A stretch of 64,000 nt of DNA from IMG/VR virus record IMGVR_UViG_3300023179_000071, positions 1-64,000 of that record. One strand, given 5' to 3'. The notes under the pieces are model-generated. The model had not been told where the DNA came from and ran no database searches. It was given only the letters and a program-made list of their open reading frames with translations. A program made the position numbers and the translations under genes. Shown here piece after piece: positions 20,077-30,300 of the stretch (the first letter of the stretch is position 1; every line of letters begins with the position of its first letter). The DNA comes from a virus.

Positions 20077-22695
20077 ATGAAACTTAATGCAACATATACT
20101 CTTAGTACCGGCACAACTGTTGATCCAGCATATCTTAATCCGTCTTTTGAGATATTAGGTGACGATAGTGATGCTTTTACTAGTAGTACAAAAGTAAAAA
20201 GTTCAGCAAATTCTGCAACTTATAGTAGTCCATCAACTAGCCATGTTGCGACCACAGAAGCTGGCATTGTTATGGATTTGGGTTCACTAAAAACAGTATC
20301 GTTTATTAGGATCAAGGGTACACTAGGTATAGAGTATGGCACAGGATCATTCTCAACATCAGCAGGCAATCCTATAGTAACATATATTTATGGAAATACT
20401 GCTGATAAAACATCAACAACTAACGTTAAAAATTTTGGGTCATCTAATAAATTTGTGTCTGGTCAGAATGGAATATTTACATCTGTTGGTGATTTAGAAT
20501 ATATATTTGTTGATGATACTTATCAGTGCTCAAATGGTTCTACAGCTTTTCCTTCTCCTATTCCATCTACTCTTCCTAAATTTTTTGATACTAATCAAAC
20601 AGCAAGATACAAAATTCAATATAGCGTTACTGGTAATGCATATCTAGATTTTCAAGATAATATTATCACAGCTCCAAGCGGACAAGCTCTTGATCTTACT
20701 GTGCAATTACCAGGTGGCGTAGGACAAATAAGATATATTAAATTAAGTTGTGTTGGATCAACATCTAATCCTATTAAACGTACATTTAGCTATAAAACAT
20801 CATCAACTATCAATGATGCGTATACTGTTCTGGCAAAACTAGAACCTAACAATATAGATTCCGGTACACTCAATTACTTCTATAATACTAATGTTGCGGA
20901 CTATTATCCAAGAGCCCCTATTGATTTAGGGGCACCTACAGTTGTTGATGCTGTAGCTATAAGGCTATATAATTTTAATAGCGCTTTCATTGGTCTAGCA
21001 TATTCGATTGACGGAACCAACTATACGAATATATCTACTAGTACGAATATACCTATTAGTGGAGGGACCATATATCATCTGTCTAATTCTATTACAGCAC
21101 GATATGTTGCTCTTACCGCAGTAGATTATGGTTCATGGAATGGTACTCAATATTCGTGGTTTGGGTACTATAGTTTCTGGGTAGGGAAAAGATCAGCCTG
21201 TCCATATATAACTTTTAATAGCTCGTCGAACATAACAACAACCGGCGGCTCTATTATAGATAGTTTTTTAACACTATCATCCTTTTATGCTGACGATGGT
21301 ACTGTAGCGCCCAATATTTTTCTTACACAGGATCTTCCTGCAACTACACAATCATCTTTAGGAAGAGCAGCATTCGTTGCAAATGGATATGTTGATCAAG
21401 GAGGATCAGTATCCTTTCAGTGGCAAAAGAAAGAATCTGGGGCATCATCATTTGTGAACATAGTAAATCCTAGTACCACGCCCAATTATTTAGAGCTGAA
21501 TAATTTAACGAGCGCTGCGGACAATGGAGATCAATACCGAGTAATATTATCTGCTCCTGGAGCTACTAGTGTTACTAGTAGTGTTACAACACTAACTGTG
21601 CCAGCAACTTCAGCTGCATACTCTTTGTCTTCTTTTATTAATGATACCCCATCCATACTTTATAATAACATTATTGAAGAAGGTCAAACATTAAAAGTTA
21701 ATATTACTGGTAGTAAAGCTCCTGAAACTTTTAGTTCCAATTCTATTACAGTATATTGGAGAAGATTAGGTTCTGCATCTGATACTGATTTTAATAGTGG
21801 TATTCCAGGAGGATTAGTAACTCTAACGGGTATAGGAGGATCTACTACTCCACAAACAGTTACTGGTCAACTATCATTAATAGTTAAGGCTGACTCTCTT
21901 ACAGAGGGATCAGAAAATTTTCTTATAGCATTCTATGATGATAGTTTATATAGTAATGAAATCTCAAGAACCAGCACATTTACAATTTCTGATACCAGCA
22001 CAGGAGGCGCTCTGCCAGAAATTTCTACAACACCTACAGCAACTCCGCCAGCTACTCCTACTTCAACGCGCCCATTACCTTCAGCAACCAAAGATTCTCA
22101 AGGATGTTTTATTATTCCATTTAAGGAACTAATTTCAAAAACTCCAACTCGCACACAAACACCAACTCCAACAAGTACCATCACAACAACTCCAACAGTT
22201 ACTCCAACTAGAACTTCGTATCCTCCTAATACTCCTAGCGCAACTAAAACTCGCACACCAACTCCAACTCCAACAATTCAGCCAACCAATACTCCACGAC
22301 TAAGTCAAACTCCAACACAAACGCCTACTCCGACCAAGACACCAACAAATACGCCTACTAATACTCAAACCCCTAGTAACACCTCCACCGGTCCTGTCAC
22401 ACCAACACCAACAACAACTAGTACTGTTACAAGATCATCAACACCCACCCCCACAAAAACACCTCAGCCATCAGGAACTCCCACACAAACCCCATCTTGT
22501 ACTGGTACTCCATTTTCCACACCAACATCTTCTCCACCACCATCGCCCACTCCACAATGTCCACTAAGCTCTATTCCATCATGCCCACCGTGTTATGATG
22601 CTATAGTAGTGGAAACTATTATTATTAGTGGATGTTCTCAAGAAATATGGGATTGTGTTTATATTCCAAATTGTGGTCAAAATATTCAGGTATAG
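20077..22695 (+). CDS. Adhesin-like virion protein: two discoidin (F5/8 type C)-like, Ig-like and Calx-beta-like domains, long PT linker, Cys-rich tail
   Basis: DLGSLKTV...YKIQYS...IRYIKL and IDLGAPTVV...YSIDGTNY...ARYV (discoidin); SFQWQK...NGDQYRVI (Ig); EEG...ADSLTEGSENF (Calx-beta). Confidence 0.7.
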   Translation: MKLNATYTLSTGTTVDPAYLNPSFEILGDDSDAFTSSTKVKSSANSATYSSPSTSHVATTEAGIVMDLGSLKTVSFIRIKGTLGIEYGTGSFSTSAGNPIVTYIYGNTADKTSTTNVKNFGSSNKFVSGQNGIFTSVGDLEYIFVDDTYQCSNGSTAFPSPIPSTLPKFFDTNQTARYKIQYSVTGNAYLDFQDNIITAPSGQALDLTVQLPGGVGQIRYIKLSCVGSTSNPIKRTFSYKTSSTINDAYTVLAKLEPNNIDSGTLNYFYNTNVADYYPRAPIDLGAPTVVDAVAIRLYNFNSAFIGLAYSIDGTNYTNISTSTNIPISGGTIYHLSNSITARYVALTAVDYGSWNGTQYSWFGYYSFWVGKRSACPYITFNSSSNITTTGGSIIDSFLTLSSFYADDGTVAPNIFLTQDLPATTQSSLGRAAFVANGYVDQGGSVSFQWQKKESGASSFVNIVNPSTTPNYLELNNLTSAADNGDQYRVILSAPGATSVTSSVTTLTVPATSAAYSLSSFINDTPSILYNNIIEEGQTLKVNITGSKAPETFSSNSITVYWRRLGSASDTDFNSGIPGGLVTLTGIGGSTTPQTVTGQLSLIVKADSLTEGSENFLIAFYDDSLYSNEISRTSTFTISDTSTGGALPEISTTPTATPPATPTSTRPLPSATKDSQGCFIIPFKELISKTPTRTQTPTPTSTITTTPTVTPTRTSYPPNTPSATKTRTPTPTPTIQPTNTPRLSQTPTQTPTPTKTPTNTPTNTQTPSNTSTGPVTPTPTTTSTVTRSSTPTPTKTPQPSGTPTQTPSCTGTPFSTPTSSPPPSPTPQCPLSSIPSCPPCYDAIVVETIIISGCSQEIWDCVYIPNCGQNIQV
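22027..22553 (+). repeat. Pro/Thr/Ser-rich low-complexity coding repeat
   Basis: Degenerate ACN-CCN codon repeats encoding (TP)n-like linker. Confidence 0.9.
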
Positions 22696-22728
22696 ATGGG
22701 GTATAAGTAGTTAGTAAAAGGATTTTTT

Positions 22729-25700
22729 ATGCAAGAAATTACTGTAAACACATGCGAATGCCCATTTGAGGTTTCCGCTATTATCGATCTTTCTGATCTT
22801 GTGCCAGGAACCGTCTATACATATAAGCTATCCTTGATGAATGCGGGAAATGCTGTTTTTCATCCATCTCAAGGAGAATTTTTAGCTGATCAAACTAATG
22901 ACACATTAAATGTTACTATTTATTTAAAAGATAATCCTAATAATTATTATCTCATTAATCTAGAACTATATGATCCATATTATAATCAAACTAGAAGACA
23001 AATAGTATGTATTAGAAATATGGGAACAAATAATTGTGGCGCTACTCAATGTACACCCACACCCACAGCAACCCCCACACGACGCCCATACATACTGGAT
23101 AAGCATTTGGATATAGCTAATTATAAGATTAGCTCGTCCGAGAATAAGGTTTTCGGAGCTTCAAAATCTACTATTACTGTTGGTGATTGGGTAGAATTTT
23201 TAAATAGTGTTGCTCAATATGATGATCTTAATGCGTTATGGAAACCACAAATGGAAAGTGATCTAAATTGTGGTATTAAGCGTACTTATGATGGGTTTTT
23301 CTATGTTTATAGCATTGACGGATGTGATCAAGATGTATTCGGTTGTTATCCTGATGATTCAGAACACGCTAATAGAACTATAAGTTATGTAAGTTGGAGT
23401 GATCTTGCTAGATATATTAATTGGATTCATAACGACAAACCAAAAGGGCGCCAGGGACCAGAAACAACAGAAGATGGATCGTATCCGTTATATGGTAACA
23501 GATATGCTGCTCCTGGTATCCCTTACCGTCCTGGGGCAAGGTTCTGGTTGGATACAACAACAGTAATCCAAGCCTGCCCAATCACTGCAACACCAACTAA
23601 TACTCCTACACCATCAGTAACTATAGGATTAACTCCAACAGCTACCCCAACCACAACTCCTACTAGAACACCAACATCTAGCGTTACTCCTCCGTTATCA
23701 ACACCCACACCAACACAAACATCCACAACAACAGCAACACTATCTCAGACTCCCACAATATCTATTACGGCATCTATTACGGCTACGCCGAGTAAAACAC
23801 CACCTAATACCCCTAATGCTACTCCAACAACCACATTAACGCTCACAGCCACACCAACCAATACTCCGTCCAATCTAGCAACAGGTATAAGGATTACACA
23901 ACATCCAGATATAGATGCATTTACAGTAGTTGGTATTAATAAAACTATTAGCGTATTAGCAGTTGCTGTTCCTAATACAATTACTTTATTATATCAATGG
24001 CAAAGAAGCACGGACTCTGGATCATCATGGTCCACTATTTCTGGAGCAACATCTAGTTCATATACTATTACTAATACATTATTAGTCAATAGCGGAGATA
24101 AGTATCGTGTTGTAGTTAGCGGAATAGCTCCTCCAGGATTGAACAATCCGACGCCAGTGGTAAGTAATGAAAGCACCCTATCTGTTTCACAAGCTATTAT
24201 TACTATAGTAAATCATCCATCTAATGTTGTCACTGCTGATGTTACAGCATCATTTAGCGTATCTGCTACTATTAATCCATCATACTGCACACTATCTTAT
24301 CAGTGGCAAAGAAGTACCGATGGTGGACTTAATTTCTCCACCCTTTCTGGAGCAACATCATCTACTCTCAATTTAACTGGACTAACTAGCGCTAGTAATG
24401 GTTATGTTTATAGAGTAGTAGTATCTGGTAACGGAGGTGCAGATTCGGTAACTAGTAATACAGCAATATTGAGTGTTACAGCGCCAGAAATTTCTATAAC
24501 ATCTCAACCCAATAATGCTGTCTCTGTTGATGCTAGTGCTATTTTCTCAGTATCGGCCATTATTACTAATCTTTCGTCTCCGTATACTTTATTCTATCAA
24601 TGGGAGAGAAGTATCGATAGCGGTTTAACTTTCCAAACTATAACAGGGGCTACATCGGCTAGTTATTCTATTAGTAGTGTAACAGCAGCTGCAAATGGAT
24701 ATTATTATCGTGTTGTAATAACATCAAACGTCGGCTCCTCACCAGCAACGTCTAATTCTGCCCAATTAATTGTTAACGATGATTATGGTGCTCTACTAGT
24801 TTGGGGCTCTAATTCCAATAATCAATTAAACTTTAGTGGTAGCACAACCATACCAAGATTTACAACTAATAATACTAGAATTTATAGATCTGGTTCTGTC
24901 GGTCAAAACCATGCTTTGTTCATCAATGCTAGTGGTATTCTGGAAGGATACGGTATTAACACACTAGGACAGTCCAGTGGAAGTAATACCAATCAGGTAT
25001 TAAAAGTAGCTACAAAGTATAATCACAATATTATTATTAAAACAGAAACAGTTAGTGGTAATTCATTGAATAGATTATATACATGGGGATCTAATCTTTA
25101 TGGTCAGTGTGGACAAGGAGTATCGTCATCGTTTATATCGTCTCCACTCAGCATATCCGGAGATAGTAATAATTATATTGATATTGCAACTGGTGAGAAT
25201 CATAGTTTGGCCGTAAGAGATAATGGTATGATGGTATCATGTGGACGTAATGATGCTGGTCAGCTTGGTATAGGCAACAATAATAGCCAAACATCATTTG
25301 TTACTGTTAGTGGTAATGTAGCAAGTGTATCTTGCGGACAATCTCATTCTGCTGCTATTAATACTAATGGATTATTATATACATGGGGTAATAATAGTAC
25401 TGGTCAATTAGGACTAAATGATACATCTCCTAGAACAAGTCCTGTGCTTGTTAGTGGAGTTAACTGGACAAAAGTTGTTTGCGGACAAAATTTCACAGCA
25501 GCATTAAATAGTAATAATGAATTATATACTTGGGGAGATAATAGCGTTGGACAATTAGGTATTGGTAATACATTATCTACGGGCATACCGATACAGGTTA
25601 GTGGAACTTGGCATGATATTAGTGCTGGTAATCTACATATGCTTGGTATACAGAGCGACGGAACACTATGGGCCTGGGGAAATAATGTACAAAATCAAAT

Positions 25701-27348
25701 AGGAGACAATACATCGACTCAGAGAAATGCTCCTGTTAGAGTAGGTAGCGCAACAGATACACAGTGGGAAAATATTTATGCTGGAGGCAACAGTTCATCT
25801 GCTACCCGTTTAGGAGCAATTATAACAATCTCATCTCAACCTACAGGAGTAGAGTCAAGAAATGGAACAGCTTCATTTAGTGTAGCTGCAAATATTACAT
25901 CAGGAGCATCGTTATCATACCAGTGGCAAGTTAGCTCAAACACAGGATCTTCTTTCTCTGATATTATCGGAGCAACCTCAACAACTCTTAATTTATCAAG
26001 TCTAAATAGTGGATTTAATAGTTATCGATATCGCTGCATAGTGTCTGGATCTCAAGAAGCCTATCCGTTAGCTTCTAGTAGTACAGTCTTAACAGAGCGT
26101 AGCGCAACAGTATGGTATAGAGGCACGGCCGCAACAGACGGAGCTATTCCCGGTACTGTTACAGCATGGACGGAGTGGAATTATACAAGTGATTCTTGGA
26201 GATATAATTCTACTAGTGTTCGTAGAACTTCATCTGCTACAGGTGCGTTTGCTAAAACTAATGGAACCACACTGAAACAAATGGTACGATGTGGACCCAA
26301 TACATTTGCATTTTTACTTTCTGATGGTAATGTATGGTCTACTAGCTCATCGAGCTTTTATGATTCTCTTGGGGGAACAGTACCTACATTTACCGCACCA
26401 AATCCAACCGGAGAGACTATAGTTAAGATTATTGGTAACTATGGAGTATATAGCACTAGTAGCGTGTATTCAAGAGCATTCTTATGGGGCCTTAGCAGTA
26501 GTGGTAAGTTGTACGCATTAACGTATAATTGGAATGGTACCGGATATGGCTCATGGATTCGTATAGGATCAAATTTATTATTCTCTGATGCTGCTGCTAT
26601 CCAATTTACTGGAACATATTATCCAACAGTGCTGGCAATCTCAGCTACTGATGGCACACTATACGGATGGGGAGACCAAAGACTCATTTCTGCTTCAACT
26701 ACTAGTCCAGGAGCTATGTCATCTATCGACACAGCTCCTGTTAGAATTAATACAGATACATGGTCAGCAGTAGCTGGTAATAATGGAGGATTTTTTGGTA
26801 TTAAGAGCGATGGTGCGGTATATCGTATTGTTGGGTTATGGAGTGGAGGCACAGTAAGCGGGTTAAACGGTGGAACTACTACATCGTTTACTACCGGTAC
26901 ATTATCCTCATGGTCTGGTGGTTATGTTGTTCCTGTCTTAGTAGATAATAGTACTGCTTATACAAAATTGGCTGCAAATGGAACTATGCTTATAGGATAC
27001 GATATCAATAATAAATTACATATTAATTCTAATTTCTCTACTGCTAGAAACTTACCAACTGGCTGGAATAATATTACAGAAATTATACCGGGTTCTAATA
27101 CAGCAGCTCAAGGCACTCTAATTATGACAGATAATTATACTAGCGCTAATAATATTGCTATGATAACTGCTGGTACTACGCCGGTGTATAACCAGTACGG
27201 AATTGCAGCTGGAACACTTTGGACTAATACCACCACATGGGGTACCGGATTAACAGCTCCATCAACTCCAATACCTATCAGATCAGATTTCAAATATGCC
27301 ACACCAGATCTATCCACTGGTTACTGGCTAGTACTAAAGGATGATTAA
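22729..27348 (+). CDS. Multidomain virion protein: partial FGE-sulfatase-like domain, PT linker, four Ig-like domains, RCC1-repeat propeller
   Basis: VEFLNSVA...YVSWSDLARYINWIHN...TTEDGSY (FGE-like); four YQW(Q/E).S...GATS...YR units (Ig); repeated LYTWG.N..GQLG and G..HS.A (RCC1). Confidence 0.8.
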   Translation: MQEITVNTCECPFEVSAIIDLSDLVPGTVYTYKLSLMNAGNAVFHPSQGEFLADQTNDTLNVTIYLKDNPNNYYLINLELYDPYYNQTRRQIVCIRNMGTNNCGATQCTPTPTATPTRRPYILDKHLDIANYKISSSENKVFGASKSTITVGDWVEFLNSVAQYDDLNALWKPQMESDLNCGIKRTYDGFFYVYSIDGCDQDVFGCYPDDSEHANRTISYVSWSDLARYINWIHNDKPKGRQGPETTEDGSYPLYGNRYAAPGIPYRPGARFWLDTTTVIQACPITATPTNTPTPSVTIGLTPTATPTTTPTRTPTSSVTPPLSTPTPTQTSTTTATLSQTPTISITASITATPSKTPPNTPNATPTTTLTLTATPTNTPSNLATGIRITQHPDIDAFTVVGINKTISVLAVAVPNTITLLYQWQRSTDSGSSWSTISGATSSSYTITNTLLVNSGDKYRVVVSGIAPPGLNNPTPVVSNESTLSVSQAIITIVNHPSNVVTADVTASFSVSATINPSYCTLSYQWQRSTDGGLNFSTLSGATSSTLNLTGLTSASNGYVYRVVVSGNGGADSVTSNTAILSVTAPEISITSQPNNAVSVDASAIFSVSAIITNLSSPYTLFYQWERSIDSGLTFQTITGATSASYSISSVTAAANGYYYRVVITSNVGSSPATSNSAQLIVNDDYGALLVWGSNSNNQLNFSGSTTIPRFTTNNTRIYRSGSVGQNHALFINASGILEGYGINTLGQSSGSNTNQVLKVATKYNHNIIIKTETVSGNSLNRLYTWGSNLYGQCGQGVSSSFISSPLSISGDSNNYIDIATGENHSLAVRDNGMMVSCGRNDAGQLGIGNNNSQTSFVTVSGNVASVSCGQSHSAAINTNGLLYTWGNNSTGQLGLNDTSPRTSPVLVSGVNWTKVVCGQNFTAALNSNNELYTWGDNSVGQLGIGNTLSTGIPIQVSGTWHDISAGNLHMLGIQSDGTLWAWGNNVQNQIGDNTSTQRNAPVRVGSATDTQWENIYAGGNSSSATRLGAIITISSQPTGVESRNGTASFSVAANITSGASLSYQWQVSSNTGSSFSDIIGATSTTLNLSSLNSGFNSYRYRCIVSGSQEAYPLASSSTVLTERSATVWYRGTAATDGAIPGTVTAWTEWNYTSDSWRYNSTSVRRTSSATGAFAKTNGTTLKQMVRCGPNTFAFLLSDGNVWSTSSSSFYDSLGGTVPTFTAPNPTGETIVKIIGNYGVYSTSSVYSRAFLWGLSSSGKLYALTYNWNGTGYGSWIRIGSNLLFSDAAAIQFTGTYYPTVLAISATDGTLYGWGDQRLISASTTSPGAMSSIDTAPVRINTDTWSAVAGNNGGFFGIKSDGAVYRIVGLWSGGTVSGLNGGTTTSFTTGTLSSWSGGYVVPVLVDNSTAYTKLAANGTMLIGYDINNKLHINSNFSTARNLPTGWNNITEIIPGSNTAAQGTLIMTDNYTSANNIAMITAGTTPVYNQYGIAAGTLWTNTTTWGTGLTAPSTPIPIRSDFKYATPDLSTGYWLVLKDD
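23578..23870 (+). repeat. Pro/Thr-rich low-complexity coding repeat
   Basis: TPTNTPTPSVT...-type linker. Confidence 0.9.
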
Positions 27349-30300
27349 TGAGAATAGCAGTAAACTATAATGATCTTATACAGTATCCGTTAACTATTTA
27401 TAGAGTAGGCGGAGAATTTACATTACGAAATCCGTATGATCATAGCACTATTACTTTATCAATAGGGTATGGTGATGGAAATGGTATTAATGTACCATTA
27501 CAGGTTGGTACTATAGCATCTGAATTTACTAATTTTACATATTCATATGAAGATATTATTAAAATAGCTAAATTAGAAAATGCATATTATACACAATTAA
27601 TATATGCTAGCTTAGAATTGGTAATGTTAGATGCCTATGGTAAAGTTGTAGCTTATCTAACTACTAATAATACTGGTGATCATAATCCTACATTAGTAGG
27701 TCCAGGATATCGTGCTACGATTGAGTTTGGTAGTTTGCCCGAGATTGATAGTTGTTATGGTCCAGAAGCATACTGGGTAATAGGAAAAAATGATAATAGT
27801 AGTGTTTTTAACAATATTTCTGCCTATAAAATTATACCACCAGAAATTATAGTTACTCCTACTCCTACACCCACACAAACACCAACGGTCACTCCGTCAG
27901 TAACATATAGTACAACACCCACTCTAACTGCTACTAACACACAAACACCAACCAAAACACCCGCACCAACTCGCACACAAACTAGCACTCCAACAAGTTC
28001 TATTACTCCTACCCGCACACAAACAGGCACACCAACTCGTACTAGCACACTCACACGAACTCCTACTACAACAACAACATTAACACAATCAACAACCCCA
28101 ACACCAACCCCTACCGCTACTACAACCACCACTTTAACGGCTACGCAAACTTGCACTCCAACAGCAACCAGCACACGCACACTTACTCCTAGTGTTACAT
28201 CTACTACTACTCCTACTCCTAGTGTAACCAATACAAATACTCCAACTGTTACACGCACACCAACAGTAACACCCACACCCACAGCATTAGTATCAAATGT
28301 GTTAGTTTGGGGAGATAATTCATATGGTCAATTAGGAATGAGTTATCTGCTCAATGATAGATTTATTGATCCTCCGAGACTATCAGAACAAACTGTTTCA
28401 GCACTAGCTAACTACCAAAATATACTAAATTATAGAGATAATGGATCATCTGACTCTGTGCTTTTTGATGCTATTGCGCCAGGATCAAATTTTAGTGTTG
28501 GTATAGACTCTAGTGGCTCATTACATAGCGTGGGAGTAAATGCTTGGGGTCAACTAGGATTAGGTAATTTTGAAAGTAAATCAATGTTTACCCGTATTTC
28601 TGATTCTTCTCTGAATGGTGTAGTATTTAAACAGGTTAGTCTCGGAAATATGCACGCGGTAGCATTAGATTCTAATGGTAATGCTTGGACTTGGGGTCGT
28701 AATTCTGATGGTCAGTTAGGAAATCATTATCTACCCAGACCTATTAATAGTATCACAACAATAGATGCTGATATTTCGCTATATGATCTTAAAATTAATT
28801 ATGATGTTAGAGAAGAGTATTCTCTTAATGACGAAGTTATACTAGATTATTATAGTGGATCTATACACAAAACTAGCGTGGCCAAGATATGGGTTGCTCC
28901 AACATATGCTAGTGGAGAAACTAATATTAGAATACAGTGGGAAAATTACGAGGCTTTAGATTTTAGTATTATTCCTACAATAGTATCCAAAACCAAAATT
29001 GATATTGATCCAGGATTATTGGCAAATCCAACACCTAAGCAGCTAAAAGTATACAAAGAGTATAGATATTGCATAGATAACGATACTGTATTTTTTGCAA
29101 CTCCTACACCAACTCCAACTATCAGTTATAGTGCCACCACAACACCAACACTAACATCTACTGTAACTCCATCTACAACATCAACTTTAACAGCTACTCC
29201 TACTAATACTAGTACAACAACACTAACTCCTACTCCTACAGTTAGCCAGTCTCCATCTCCGTCAGCTTCGCCCGGTCAAACTCAAACGCCAACAGCAACC
29301 CCAACATCAACGGCCACTTTAACTGCTACCCCCACAACCACATTAACGTTGAGTGCTACCAGAACACAAACACCTACCAATAGTCCCACACCATCCACTA
29401 CAGTTAGTGTAACCCCAACTAGTTCAGTAACTCCAACTAATACTGGTACTGTTACTCCCACAATGACAGTAACTCCTACAAAACAGTCTTTCCCAGTACT
29501 AACAATTTATGGCGATATTAGTTCAATTTTGACTAATGTTAATAAATCTAGCGTAATGGTTAATGTATATGATGAGAATTCTAGTCCACCATTATTATAC
29601 AAAGTTAAGGTATTGGATGTTGAGTGGCTATCTAATTATGGTATTACAAAAATTCGTATCGACCATCCTGGATTGAATAATCTAGATCCTAAGAGGATGA
29701 AATATGTCTCTATTATACGCTTTAGTAATGAAACCTCTTATGAATACGAAACATTCTCCAGAGTTTATGGTGGAGAATCTCATACGATGGCTATGGATAC
29801 TCAAGGCAGACTATTCGTTTGCGGAAGTAATAAGTATGGCCAATTAGGATTAGGATTGATCCAAGAACTTAATGCTGCAAAAGATATACTAATAGTACAA
29901 AATAAACCTGTGGTGCGTATTGGCTTAACAACAACAATGAGATTAGTTAATCCACCACCCGGTCGTGGCTATTGCTATAATAGAGGTTTTAGCTGGAAGA
30001 AAATTTCGTTAGGCCGGTTCCATACTCTAGCTTTAGATGGTATGGGGCAAATGTGGGTGTGGGGAGATAATGACTTTGGCCAGTTAGGTTTAGGGGATAG
30101 CACAACTCTATTAGCTAAAGCTATTGTAGTACAAGAAAACTATCCGTCTGTTGGTAGTATAGGAGAAAGAGATCTTCCAGACAGAGCAAATGTTGTTATT
30201 CCATATGCACCATTACCAATTAAGATGTATGTATTGCAAGATAACTATTCAGATATACAAAATCAGAGTATAGAAACAGATTACTGGATTGATATTGCTG

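Noticed and set aside
23890-26095. Repeated Ig-domain DNA as a possible DGR template/variable repeat pair
   Set aside because: Differences involve all bases rather than adenines only, and no reverse transcriptase is present in the window.
27824-28282. 152-aa Val/Gly-rich minus-strand ORF (and a similar one at 23523..23726)
   Set aside because: Antisense shadow of the ACN-CCN Thr/Pro repeats, which lack stops on the reverse strand.
22027-29480. Periodic ACTCCAAC-like DNA as a CRISPR array or non-coding repeat
   Set aside because: No constant repeat with unique spacers; it is degenerate in-frame Thr/Pro coding sequence.
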